A DNA stretch of 64,000 bases. Origin: Thermodesulfobacteriota bacterium. GTDB lineage: Bacteria; Desulfobacterota_D; UBA1144; Nemesobacterales; Nemesobacteraceae. The stretch is taken from positions 960,001 through 1,024,000 of the forward strand of contig OZ241855.1 of the NCBI GenBank assembly GCA_965202785.1, in the 5' to 3' direction. The translations under genes and the position numbers were made by a program. This document shows, piece after piece, positions 10,127-19,100 of the stretch; the stretch's first letter is position 1; each line of letters starts with the position of its first letter. The notes under the pieces are model-generated. The model saw only the letters and a list, made by a program, of their open reading frames with translations. It did not search any database and had not been told where the DNA came from.

Positions 10127-11595
10127 TTTCTGCCTCCTTTGCCCTTGGAGTTGTTTACGGGAGCAAGTACCCAAGTGTCCTTGCTTCCACCGCCTTGGGA
10201 CGAATTGACTATCATCGAACCTTTGCGCAGCGCCACCCTGGTAAGGCCTCCGGGCAGGACAAATATCTCTTTTCCATAGAGAATGAAGGGCCTCAGATCG
10301 ACGTGGCGTCCCTCGAAGTGATCGTCCACTATCACGGGGGCCCGGGAGAGGGACATTGTCTTCTGGGCTATGTAGTTTCTGGGATCCGCTTTTATGTCTC
10401 TTTTGGCCTGGGCCAGCTCCTCTTTTGTCGCCTTGGGTCCGAACACTATCCCGTATCCTCCCGATTCGTTCGCGGGCTTTACTACCAGCTTCTCTATATT
10501 GTCGAGCACGTATTTTCTGGCTTCATCCTCCTCGCAGATATAAGTCGGCACGTTGGGGATTATGGGATCTTCTCCCAGATAGTACTTTATTATCTTCTCA
10601 ACGTAGGCGTATATTATCTTATCGTCGGCCACTCCTCCTCCGGGGGCGTTGGCTATGGCGACGTTTCCGGCCTTGTACGCGCTGAAAAGCCCTGGAACTC
10701 CGAGCACTGAATCCGGGCGAAACACCTGAGGATCAAGGAAGTTGTCGTCTATCCTTCTGTATATGACATCCACTTTTTCAAGCCCCTTAGTGGTCTTCAG
10801 GTAAACGAAATTCTCTACCACGACAAGATCTCTCCCTTCGACAAGCTCTATCCCCATCTCCTTTGCCAGAAACGAGTGCTCGAAGTAGGCCGAGTTATAG
10901 ATCCCCGGGGTGAGAAGCACCACCTTGGGGTTGGCCGTTCTGTCAGAGAGCAGGTACTGGAGGGTGTCATGAAGGTGGAGTCCGTAATCGCTTATTGGCA
11001 TTATCTCGACGGTGCCGAACACCTTGGGAAACGTGCGCTTCAGCAGTTCGCGGTTCTCAAGCACGTAGGAAACGCCGGAGGGGGAGCGCAGGTTGTCTTC
11101 GAGTATGTAGAAGTTCCCGTCAGAATGTCTTATCAGGTCCGTTCCCGTGATATGACACCAGATCTTCTTCGGCGGGGAAAAACCGACGCAGTCAAGGCGA
11201 AACTCCCTGCTTGAGAGTATGAGTTCCTTGGGAACCACCTTGTCCCTCAGGATCTTCCGGTCGTTGTATATGTCGTCTATGAAAAGGTTAAGCGCGTGGA
11301 TTCTCTGCTTGAGGCCCCTTTCTATGAGTTCCCAGTCCTCGGCCGACACTATCCTAGGAATTATGTCGAAGGGAAAGATGTTTTCCTCTGCCCCCTTCTT
11401 TTTTTCCGAGTAGAGCGTGAAGGTGACTCCCATCTCGAACAGGTTCATCTCTGCCGCTTTCTGCCTGTCTATCAGCTCTCCGTCCGAGAGGCTTTCTATC
11501 CTGTCGGTTAAAAAGCGGGTCCATTCGTGCGGGGTGGCGTTATCCTTGAATACCTCGTCGTAAAAGCCTTCCGTGTCGTAGTTTTTGAAATTCAT
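10120..11595 (-). CDS. Circularly permuted type 2 ATP-grasp protein
   Basis: PFDIIPR, LEDNLRSPSGVSY, YRRIDD, VDLRPF, GGLTRVAL, VNSSQGGGSKDTWV. Confidence 0.93.
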   Translation of the reverse strand: MNFKNYDTEGFYDEVFKDNATPHEWTRFLTDRIESLSDGELIDRQKAAEMNLFEMGVTFTLYSEKKKGAEENIFPFDIIPRIVSAEDWELIERGLKQRIHALNLFIDDIYNDRKILRDKVVPKELILSSREFRLDCVGFSPPKKIWCHITGTDLIRHSDGNFYILEDNLRSPSGVSYVLENRELLKRTFPKVFGTVEIMPISDYGLHLHDTLQYLLSDRTANPKVVLLTPGIYNSAYFEHSFLAKEMGIELVEGRDLVVVENFVYLKTTKGLEKVDVIYRRIDDNFLDPQVFRPDSVLGVPGLFSAYKAGNVAIANAPGGGVADDKIIYAYVEKIIKYYLGEDPIIPNVPTYICEEDEARKYVLDNIEKLVVKPANESGGYGIVFGPKATKEELAQAKRDIKADPRNYIAQKTMSLSRAPVIVDDHFEGRHVDLRPFILYGKEIFVLPGGLTRVALRKGSMIVNSSQGGGSKDTWVLAPVNNSKGKGGRKS

Positions 11596-11656
11596 CTCGG
11601 TTCCAAGGAATTTTTCCGAAAAACCTAACTAAAAGTGAAGGTTATGCAAAAGCTTC

Positions 11657-13006
11657 CTAGAGTATGTATCTGCTTAGATCCCTGTCCTTGACGATGTCGG
11701 CTATTTTCTCCTCAACATAGCTTTTGTCTATGGTGAATTTTTTCTCCTTCATGTCGGGAGCGTTAAAGGAGATTTCATCAAGCAGCTTCTCAAGAACGGT
11801 GTGAAGTCTCCTTGCCCCTATGTTCTCGGTAGAGCTGTTAACTTCGGCCGCGGTCTCGGCTATTTTCTCTATCGCCTCGTTAGTGAAAGAGAGTTTTATG
11901 TCCTCGGTCCTCATAAGCTCGGTGTACTGTTTTATGAGCGCGTTTTTGGGCTCGGTGAGGATCCGTATGAAGTCGTCTTTGGTGAGCGCCTCGAGCTCAA
12001 CCCTTATGGGAAAGCGTCCCTGGAGTTCAGGTATGAGATCAGACGGCTTTGAGACGTGAAACGCCCCCGCTCCTATGAAGAGTATGTGGTCGGTTCTGAC
12101 CATCCCGTGCTTCGTGGTTACGCTGCTTCCCTCGATTATGGGGAGAAGATCCCTCTGCACCCCCTCCCTTGAAACGTCGGGACCGGAGACGCCGTTTTTC
12201 CCGGCGACCTTGTCTATTTCGTCTATGAAGATTATCCCCGAGTTCTCGGTTCTCTCGAGAGCTAGCTGGGTAACCTTGTCCATGTCTATCAGTCTTCGGG
12301 CCTCCTCCTCGGTGAGGATGTCCATGGCCTCTGGTACCTTGACCTTTCTTACCTTCGATTTTTTGGGCATGAGGCTTCCGATCATCTCCGAGATCCCAGG
12401 GTCCATTTCCTCAACTCCCGCCTGGCTGAACACCTGTATGGGAAGGGACCTGGCCGTTATCTCTATTTCGACCTCCCTGTCGTCAAGCTTTCCGTCCCAA
12501 AGGAGCTTTCTCATCTTCTTTTTGGTCTCGCTCATTTTTCTCTTGGCCTCGTCCATGTCTACTTCCGCCTCGGTGACGGGGCGCGTCGGGACGAGCAGGT
12601 CAATGAGCTTGTCCTCGGCAAGCTCCCTGGCCCTCGTGTTAACCGAAAGGGTCTCCTCCTCTGTTACCATGTTGACGGCTATCTCCGTTAGGTCCCGTAT
12701 CATCGACTCAACGTCCCGACCCACATAGCCGACTTCCGTGAACTTGGATGCCTCGACCTTTACGAAGGGGGCTTGGGCGAGCTTCGCCAGGCGCCGGGCT
12801 ATTTCGGTTTTCCCCACGCCGGTGGGTCCCATCATAAGTATGTTTTTTGGGGATATCTCGTCGCGAAGCTCGGGCGATACCTTCTGTCTTCTCCACCTGT
12901 TCCGAAGCGCCACGCCGACGGCCCTTTTGGCCATGTTCTGTCCGACTATGTACTTGTCTAGTTCCGATACTATTTCTCTCGGGGTGAGGTAGGATTCCTG
13001 GGACAT
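11657..13006 (-). CDS. hslU: ATP-dependent protease ATPase subunit
   Basis: [28 protein letters not shown] pore loop, DEIDK, NIGARRL, C-terminal DLSRYIL. Confidence 0.98.
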   Translation of the reverse strand: MSQESYLTPREIVSELDKYIVGQNMAKRAVGVALRNRWRRQKVSPELRDEISPKNILMMGPTGVGKTEIARRLAKLAQAPFVKVEASKFTEVGYVGRDVESMIRDLTEIAVNMVTEEETLSVNTRARELAEDKLIDLLVPTRPVTEAEVDMDEAKRKMSETKKKMRKLLWDGKLDDREVEIEITARSLPIQVFSQAGVEEMDPGISEMIGSLMPKKSKVRKVKVPEAMDILTEEEARRLIDMDKVTQLALERTENSGIIFIDEIDKVAGKNGVSGPDVSREGVQRDLLPIIEGSSVTTKHGMVRTDHILFIGAGAFHVSKPSDLIPELQGRFPIRVELEALTKDDFIRILTEPKNALIKQYTELMRTEDIKLSFTNEAIEKIAETAAEVNSSTENIGARRLHTVLEKLLDEISFNAPDMKEKKFTIDKSYVEEKIADIVKDRDLSRYIL

Positions 13007-13543
13007 TTACTCTATTTCCTCTATTGATATGTGACTGTTTGTGTAAATGCAGATTCCGGCCGCGATTTCAAGTGAGCGCTCGACTATCTCCGGGGCGGAA
13101 AGCTCCGAGTGCCTGGCAAGCGCCAAAGCGGCTGCCTGTGCGAAAGGTCCCCCCGATCCTATTGCTATCACGCTATCATCGGGCTCTATTACGTCTCCGC
13201 TTCCCGAGATTATGAGCATGGTTTCAGAGTTAGCGACTATTAGCAGGGCTTCGAGCCTTCTCAGTATCCTGTCCGTTCTCCATTCTTTCGCGAGCTCTAC
13301 CGCGGCTCGCTCAAGGCTTCCCCGAAATTCCTCTAGTTTTCCCTCGAACTTGTCAAAGAGCGTCATCGCGTCCGCCGTTGAGCCCGCGAACCCGGCGCAG
13401 ATCTTCCCGCTGTACATCTTCCTTATCTTGTTCGCGTTATGCTTTACCGCTGTGGCTCCCATGGTCACTTGGCCGTCGCCCCCGAGGGCCACCCGGCCGT
13501 CTTTTTTAACGCAGAGTATCGTGGTTCCGTGAAACTGGTTCAT
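13007..13543 (-). CDS. hslV: ATP-dependent protease peptidase subunit
   Basis: [26 protein letters not shown]; stop abuts the hslU start. ATG 13543 follows GGAGG. Confidence 0.97.
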   Translation of the reverse strand: MNQFHGTTILCVKKDGRVALGGDGQVTMGATAVKHNANKIRKMYSGKICAGFAGSTADAMTLFDKFEGKLEEFRGSLERAAVELAKEWRTDRILRRLEALLIVANSETMLIISGSGDVIEPDDSVIAIGSGGPFAQAAALALARHSELSAPEIVERSLEIAAGICIYTNSHISIEEIE

Positions 13544-13569
13544 AATTTTTTCTTCTCCTCCCGGCACCT

Positions 13570-14445
13570 CTAGGCGTTCGGGTGAGTCTTGTCGTACACT
13601 TCCATTATCCGTTCGACCGAGAGGTGGGTGTATCTCTGGGTCGTCGAAAGACTCGCGTGGCCGAGCATCTCCTGAATCGCCCGAAGGTCCGCGCCGCCCG
13701 CAAGCAGGTGGGTGGCAAACGAGTGCCTAAGCACGTGGGGACTCACGTTTTTCGATATTCCCGATACTAGGCCGTACTTCTTTATTATGCGCGCGAGGCT
13801 TCTCGTGGTTATCCCGCCTCCCCTCGAGTTAAGGAATATGTGGTCGGATGCGGGTTTCAACGTCCCCCTTATCTCAAGATACTCACCTAGGGCGGAAAGC
13901 GCCTTTGATCCCACGGGAACGATTCTCTCTTTGTTTCCCTTCCCGCGAACCCTCATTATCGCCTCTCCCATGCTGAGATCGGCGAGCGTGGCCCCCGCGA
14001 GTTCGCTTACCCGGAGGCCGCTTGAGTAAAGAAGCTCGAGAATCGCCCTGTCGCGCACGCGAAGGGGATTTTTCTCAGAATCTTTTACGTCAACCAGATT
14101 GAACACCTCGTCCACACTTAAAAACACGGGGAGGTACTTTTCCTTTTTAGGGGTGCGCACGAGTTTTGCGGGATTCTGTGTTGCGAGGCCTTTTCTTACC
14201 AGATACGAGAAAAAGGATCTTATCGCCGATACTTTTCTCTCGACCGAAGAGGGGGAATTTTTCCCGTAGAGTGTCGAGACGTACGCATTTATGGTCGCAA
14301 TGTCCGCATCTTCGATTTCTTTCTCTTCCTTTAAGAGAAAATCGCGGAAATTCTCAAGATCGCCCCTGTAGGCTTTTACCGTGTGTTCCGAGTAGTTTCT
14401 TTCGTCCGAGAGGTGTTTTATGAAGCTTTCGAGCAGTTCGTTCAT
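13570..14445 (-). CDS. xerC: Tyrosine recombinase XerC
   Basis: [50 protein letters not shown]; conserved xerC-hslVU order. Confidence 0.92.
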   Translation of the reverse strand: MNELLESFIKHLSDERNYSEHTVKAYRGDLENFRDFLLKEEKEIEDADIATINAYVSTLYGKNSPSSVERKVSAIRSFFSYLVRKGLATQNPAKLVRTPKKEKYLPVFLSVDEVFNLVDVKDSEKNPLRVRDRAILELLYSSGLRVSELAGATLADLSMGEAIMRVRGKGNKERIVPVGSKALSALGEYLEIRGTLKPASDHIFLNSRGGGITTRSLARIIKKYGLVSGISKNVSPHVLRHSFATHLLAGGADLRAIQEMLGHASLSTTQRYTHLSVERIMEVYDKTHPNA

Positions 14446-14659
14446 CTATTCTGAAATATATACGCTCATTCGCTTTGGACAAGGGATGGGAATGCTGTTG
14501 TTGTGTAACGGTTCTGTGGAGGTTCTCGGCAAAAGAGTCTTGCGGTGAGGGTTTCGCGGCTGGTACGTGAGAAAACATCCGGGCCGATGACTCTAGGGAA
14601 ATTGCTGTCTCATTGCCCGGTAAATGCTTTGCTCTCATGACTTTTCGTGCCGGGGGTTC

Positions 14660-14845
14660 CACTTTGACGGCATAGAGGTAAAGGCTTCAAAGCGGGTTGT
14701 TTCCGCCGATTTTAAGGGCATGGAAGCGCTCTGGGACTTGGCGAAACATGATTTTGTCTGCGATATCGTGTTGTACTCGGGAGAGGACGTGATTCCTTTC
14801 GGCGACAGGTTCCTGGCCGTTCCTTCCTCTGCTCTCTGGAAGTAG
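14660..14845 (+). pseudogene. C-terminal remnant of an AAA/DUF4143 protein
   Basis: GIEVKASKRV...VLYSG...FLAVPSSALWK aligns by eye with the C-terminus of 23067..24314 (GIEIKASGAV...LFYAG...ILAVPLKELWER); no N-terminal ATPase portion. Confidence 0.75.
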
Positions 14846-14926
14846 CCGAGGGCATGTGAGATTTCTTGGGAAGCAGGAAAATTGTTACGTTCTTTATGAA
14901 CCAATCGTCGCATTGATAACGAGACT

Positions 14927-16666
14927 TCAATCCTCGAAAATTACATCCAGCGTTGATTTTCCAGTCGCTGATAGAATGTATGCATAGAAGCGTGCTCTAG
15001 TAAGCGATACTTGAAGGAGCCGTCTTGTCTCCATGTAGGGTGGTGTGTTGTCGCGCCCACGAAATGTCCGATGATGATCTTCAACAAGAAGCACCGCATC
15101 ATATTCACGCCCTTTCATCTGGTGCATTGTCAAAACGCTGATGCCATGCGTTTCATGATAGTTGTCCGAAATTTGGTTTTGAAGAATTGCTTCGTCCAAA
15201 GCGGCTTCGGCACCAGCATAATTCCCGTTTTGCTTCCAGAGATCGGCGAGTTGAGCCTCAATGGCTGATCCCCGACGCAGCAACCTTAGATAACGGGAAT
15301 GATCTCCTGTTCGTTTCAATTCATGGGCGTCGGCATCCTCAAGTGCATGCCTAACGGTGAGCCAGTCTTCAGTCGGCGAACCTGAAAAACCGGTGGCATA
15401 AAGCATTTTTAATATGTTAGTTAACGTGTTGACGCATTTGGTTTTCGGTGGCTTTCCTTGTCGGCACTTATCTACCCATTTAAGCAGGCGATCTGATGTT
15501 TGTATTGATGTCTGCGTTGCGGACGACCGAAAGACTGCACTTATACGATTCAATACGCCAGCCAGCGTTTCGTTGATCGGTTTATTCTTAGAAGCCATTA
15601 TAAAAGCAATTACTCTAGCCGCAAGCGTGATTTGCATATGATCAAACATGACGTCATGTGGTACGGGTTTGTATTCTTTTTTTTTGAACGTAAATTTCAC
15701 AGCCAAGGCATCTGAAATCATGCGGACCATTGCTCTGCTACGTGCAGCCACAGCGATGGTTATATCACGATGCCCCGCCTTTTCGACCACCACCTTCCAT
15801 GTTTGCAATAGTGCAAATCGTAGGCTTAATGCGAAGTGTCTGGGCTGAAAACGTTTGAATTCTATATCATCTGGCAAGTCGAGTTGAACCTCTGGCGATA
15901 AAAGACTGCGGGCGTAGCCTACTATGCCTGTTGCTGGACTGCGGTTATTCTCATTTTGGAAATCATATATTGTGGCGTCTAAGATCTCAGCAAAGTCTTT
16001 TAGACGTGTGGTGCTCATGCCTTTACGCCAAGAATATATACGTTGATCTGTATCACCAAGCGCAATGATCTCAGAGTTATTTGACAGCACTTGAATAAGT
16101 CTCCATTGATCTTCATCCGTATCTTGAAATTCATCGACGAAAATCAGCGGATGAGCATCGCCGAAACATTTGCGTACTACCATTGATTGCTGAAGAAGAT
16201 CCGCGGCGCGGGGTGCAAATTGATCATAGGTCACCCGACCGTCTTCAGTGAATAACCGCTCTTCTTCGGCCATCCAATCGTCCTCTTTCAAGGCGCCGCG
16301 CAACACTGCGGCATCCTGAGCTGCTACGATGGCCAATTTCCTTTGCGACGACAACAGGTAGCCGTGCGAACGAAGTATGTCCCAAGCAAAGGAATGATAT
16401 GTTTTTATCTCTACCTGTCGTCCGATATCATTGGACAGGATATTTCCTGCGCTCTCCAGGATTCGCCTTATTGCAGCATTGGAAAAGCTTAGAAAAAGAA
16501 CCGATTGTTCGGGCCTCAATCGCTCAAGAACATCTCTGCGAGCTTTCAAAAGTGCGATAGTTGTCTTCCCAGAACCTGGACCTCCTAAGACCAACATGTG
16601 ACCGCTGCCTTCAAGGATGGCAAGTCGTTTATCACAAATGTTGAAGCGGTTCTCTGGGTTTTCCAT
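14927..16666 (-). CDS. UvrD/Rep-family helicase, GajB-like
   Basis: GGPGSGKTT, DEFQD, GDTDQRIY, NNRS, TMHQMKGREYD, VSLTRAR; 2 bp downstream of an OLD nuclease. Confidence 0.88.
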   Translation of the reverse strand: MENPENRFNICDKRLAILEGSGHMLVLGGPGSGKTTIALLKARRDVLERLRPEQSVLFLSFSNAAIRRILESAGNILSNDIGRQVEIKTYHSFAWDILRSHGYLLSSQRKLAIVAAQDAAVLRGALKEDDWMAEEERLFTEDGRVTYDQFAPRAADLLQQSMVVRKCFGDAHPLIFVDEFQDTDEDQWRLIQVLSNNSEIIALGDTDQRIYSWRKGMSTTRLKDFAEILDATIYDFQNENNRSPATGIVGYARSLLSPEVQLDLPDDIEFKRFQPRHFALSLRFALLQTWKVVVEKAGHRDITIAVAARSRAMVRMISDALAVKFTFKKKEYKPVPHDVMFDHMQITLAARVIAFIMASKNKPINETLAGVLNRISAVFRSSATQTSIQTSDRLLKWVDKCRQGKPPKTKCVNTLTNILKMLYATGFSGSPTEDWLTVRHALEDADAHELKRTGDHSRYLRLLRRGSAIEAQLADLWKQNGNYAGAEAALDEAILQNQISDNYHETHGISVLTMHQMKGREYDAVLLVEDHHRTFRGRDNTPPYMETRRLLQVSLTRARFYAYILSATGKSTLDVIFED

Positions 16667-16668
16667 AC

Positions 16669-18504
16669 TTAATGATCTGGATCAGTCAGTTCTTCATCAA
16701 TATTGGATGTGCCGACTTCATCACTTTCCCCGCTGTTTACCGGGAGATCGTTCGGCAGATCCTCGCTGATGTGCTCCAAGGCTTCTACGATTATATTAGG
16801 CAGATCATCGTCAGAGCAGAGTTCTACGAGTCGCTGCGCATAACTTGAACCCTTTCGGTTTTTTAGCACTTTCTTGCAGAGTTTTCGAACTTCGTTATCG
16901 TCTGCATCTGGATCATATTTAAACAATGTCGGATTCTTTGCATTATGCGGATAGTCTGCCCATGACGAAACCTCGGTCATGAAGGGTCGGATGACCTTGA
17001 TTGGTATCTGTTCTACAAGCAGATACTCGATGCCGGTATGCTCCAGCCCCCAGGCTTTATCGAAAGTTTTCTCAATATCGTCGCTGATTGATTCATTTTT
17101 TTGCCGGTCGTAGAAAGCGTAGATCCTGAGTCCAATTTCGGAGAAAAACTTTCCATAACTTAATAGACCTCCACCGCCCTCGCACTGAACGATTGTCACG
17201 CCAGACAGATCAAGTGGCGTGTAAGTTCCTTCTATGCTATGTTCTTCGAGGATAGTGGATGCAGAGTACAATGCTTCCGCATCTGAAACGCCTTCCACGC
17301 AGAGTACGCCATTTCCAAGGATGGCTTCGGCTAAAGCTCGGCGCAGGTTCCCCTTATAGGTCTTTGCCTTGATACCGCTGACCTCAATTCGCTGTCCTGA
17401 AACCACACCGTTGCTTCCTCTTTCTAGGAGAATGACATTGGCCGGATCATATTGCTCAAGCACAAATGGCGAATGCGTCGTCAGGATCGATTGGTCCATT
17501 CTTTTTTGAAGGAACTGGACAATTCGCCGCTGTGTATGCGGTGGGATTGCAATTTCGGGTTCTTCCATTGCGAAAATTACATTTGATTTTAACTCGGCGA
17601 TGAAGGTGAGTAGAGAAAATACCATTGAGTTAACTACGCCCGACCCCAATCGCCAGTATGGAACAGGAGTGTTCGAGCGTTCAGAGGATCCAAAAAGTGC
17701 GATCGACCGACGTAGGCTTTCCCTTGTCAATGCGGATGGATAAAGGCGGAAAGTGCGGTCATCTGCCGATAGACCGATAAAACGACGGACCCGAGTGTCA
17801 ATTTCATCGAGTATGGTTCTAAGCTGTGGGATTGCGTCAATTGCTGGGTCCAAGTTCTCCATGGAAACAAGCGTCTGTTCCCACATAGCCGACCGGTCGT
17901 CGTCCTTGAGCTTCAAGATGATGTCGAGCAATGAGCCACGCTCTAGGCTGAGAGCTCTTGCACCTGTCCTAAGAGCGCGTAAATAGATGAAGCCGAAAGT
18001 CCTCTTAGCTTGACGCGAGACTTTCGCACGACGAGATTCATCCTCCGGTGGAGGACTGGCGAAGAAGGTTTCCGCCTTAAATTCATCTTCATCAATATCG
18101 TAACAGCCTTCAAACTTGATCCGCAGGGCCGGTACGACGTTTTCGTCGTCTAGATCTTCTGGCACCGCCGTTTCATCCAACAGCTTGTTAGTAGCCGTGT
18201 TCCAATACTCGCGGTGTGTCCGGAATTTTGTGAGAATAGCGGCAGTGAGATCGGTGAGCACAACTTCCAGTTCAATGAGAATGGGTGCTTGCTCGCTGTC
18301 GAGATAACAGCGCTCTAAGAAGTCATGCTCGTCGATTGGTGAGGAGCGAGCTAAGCGATCGGGGCCAAGCAATAGATCCAACGCTTCGCACATAGTTGAC
18401 TTACCAACACTGTTACCGCCAATGATGACTGTGTGGTCAGGAAACAGAATTTCGCCCTTGGCAACGCTACGGAAATTTTTGAGTTTGAGTCGGCGTATTT
18501 TCAT
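16669..18504 (-). CDS. OLD-family ATP-dependent endonuclease, GajA-like
   Basis: ABC ATPase (NFRS, GGNSVGKST, MEEPE, TTHSP) plus TOPRIM (CVEGVSD); paired with UvrD. Confidence 0.85.
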   Translation of the reverse strand: MKIRRLKLKNFRSVAKGEILFPDHTVIIGGNSVGKSTMCEALDLLLGPDRLARSSPIDEHDFLERCYLDSEQAPILIELEVVLTDLTAAILTKFRTHREYWNTATNKLLDETAVPEDLDDENVVPALRIKFEGCYDIDEDEFKAETFFASPPPEDESRRAKVSRQAKRTFGFIYLRALRTGARALSLERGSLLDIILKLKDDDRSAMWEQTLVSMENLDPAIDAIPQLRTILDEIDTRVRRFIGLSADDRTFRLYPSALTRESLRRSIALFGSSERSNTPVPYWRLGSGVVNSMVFSLLTFIAELKSNVIFAMEEPEIAIPPHTQRRIVQFLQKRMDQSILTTHSPFVLEQYDPANVILLERGSNGVVSGQRIEVSGIKAKTYKGNLRRALAEAILGNGVLCVEGVSDAEALYSASTILEEHSIEGTYTPLDLSGVTIVQCEGGGGLLSYGKFFSEIGLRIYAFYDRQKNESISDDIEKTFDKAWGLEHTGIEYLLVEQIPIKVIRPFMTEVSSWADYPHNAKNPTLFKYDPDADDNEVRKLCKKVLKNRKGSSYAQRLVELCSDDDLPNIIVEALEHISEDLPNDLPVNSGESDEVGTSNIDEELTDPDH

Positions 18505-18526
18505 CTTTGCCTTTAGGAATTGCTCA

Positions 18527-18898
18527 TCAATCTTCTGACTGTTTTTTAATAGCCTTTGCTAACTCCCGCTGGTTCCAAGGCACAACTGGAATATTGTTAT
18601 TCTTAATAGCTTTTGGAAATCGTTTGGGTGGTGTGGAACCTTTGTGCATGGCAACGACTCCTTTACCCATAGCAAGGCTTTCTCTTATTCCCCAATCGAC
18701 CCATTTACTGCTGGCTGTTTTTTCGAAAACATAAACAATTGTGACTGAACACTGCCTGCTGATACGTTCCCGGATACGACGTCGAATGTACTCAGCTCTC
18801 TCGCTGTTAAAGGGCTCTTTAACAGACCAATCATTGAATTCGATATCGGTGTTCTCGTTTTTGGCTTGACCGCGTAGCAGGTTGACTTCATTATGTCC
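18527..18898 (-). pseudogene. TIR domain remnant (ThsB/DUF1863-like), no start codon, conserved Glu replaced by Gly
   Basis: Hand translation of a frame absent from the ORF track: NEVNLLRGQAKNENTDIEFNDWSVKEPFNSERAEYIRRRIRERISRQCSVTIVYVFEKTASSKWVDWGIRESLAMGKGVVAM...VPWNQRELAKAI. Confidence 0.8.
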
Positions 18899-19065
18899 TC
18901 AAAGACTATGGATAACATTGAAACCACCGGCACAGCCCCGGACATTGCCAAAACAATAATTTGTAAGAAACAGAACCATTTTTTGTTTCTTATGCTTTTG
19001 CGGTCGTACCAATTAATCTGATTCTCGACTCGATCCTTGAGATACTCTTCCGGTGTCATTTTCAT
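18893..19065 (-). pseudogene. N-terminal fragment of a DUF4231/SLATT membrane protein
   Basis: MTPEEYLKDRVENQINWYDRKS followed by one TM helix; the frame then runs out of frame through TIR DNA. Confidence 0.8.
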
Positions 19066-19100
19066 GCTTTTAATTGAAGAATTTTAGGTGGGGCCATAGC

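Noticed and set aside
13570-14445. XerC as the island integrase, or a dif site at the island edge
   Set aside because: It is a housekeeping-type XerC in the conserved xerC-hslVU order; I found no dif-like site or flanking att repeats.
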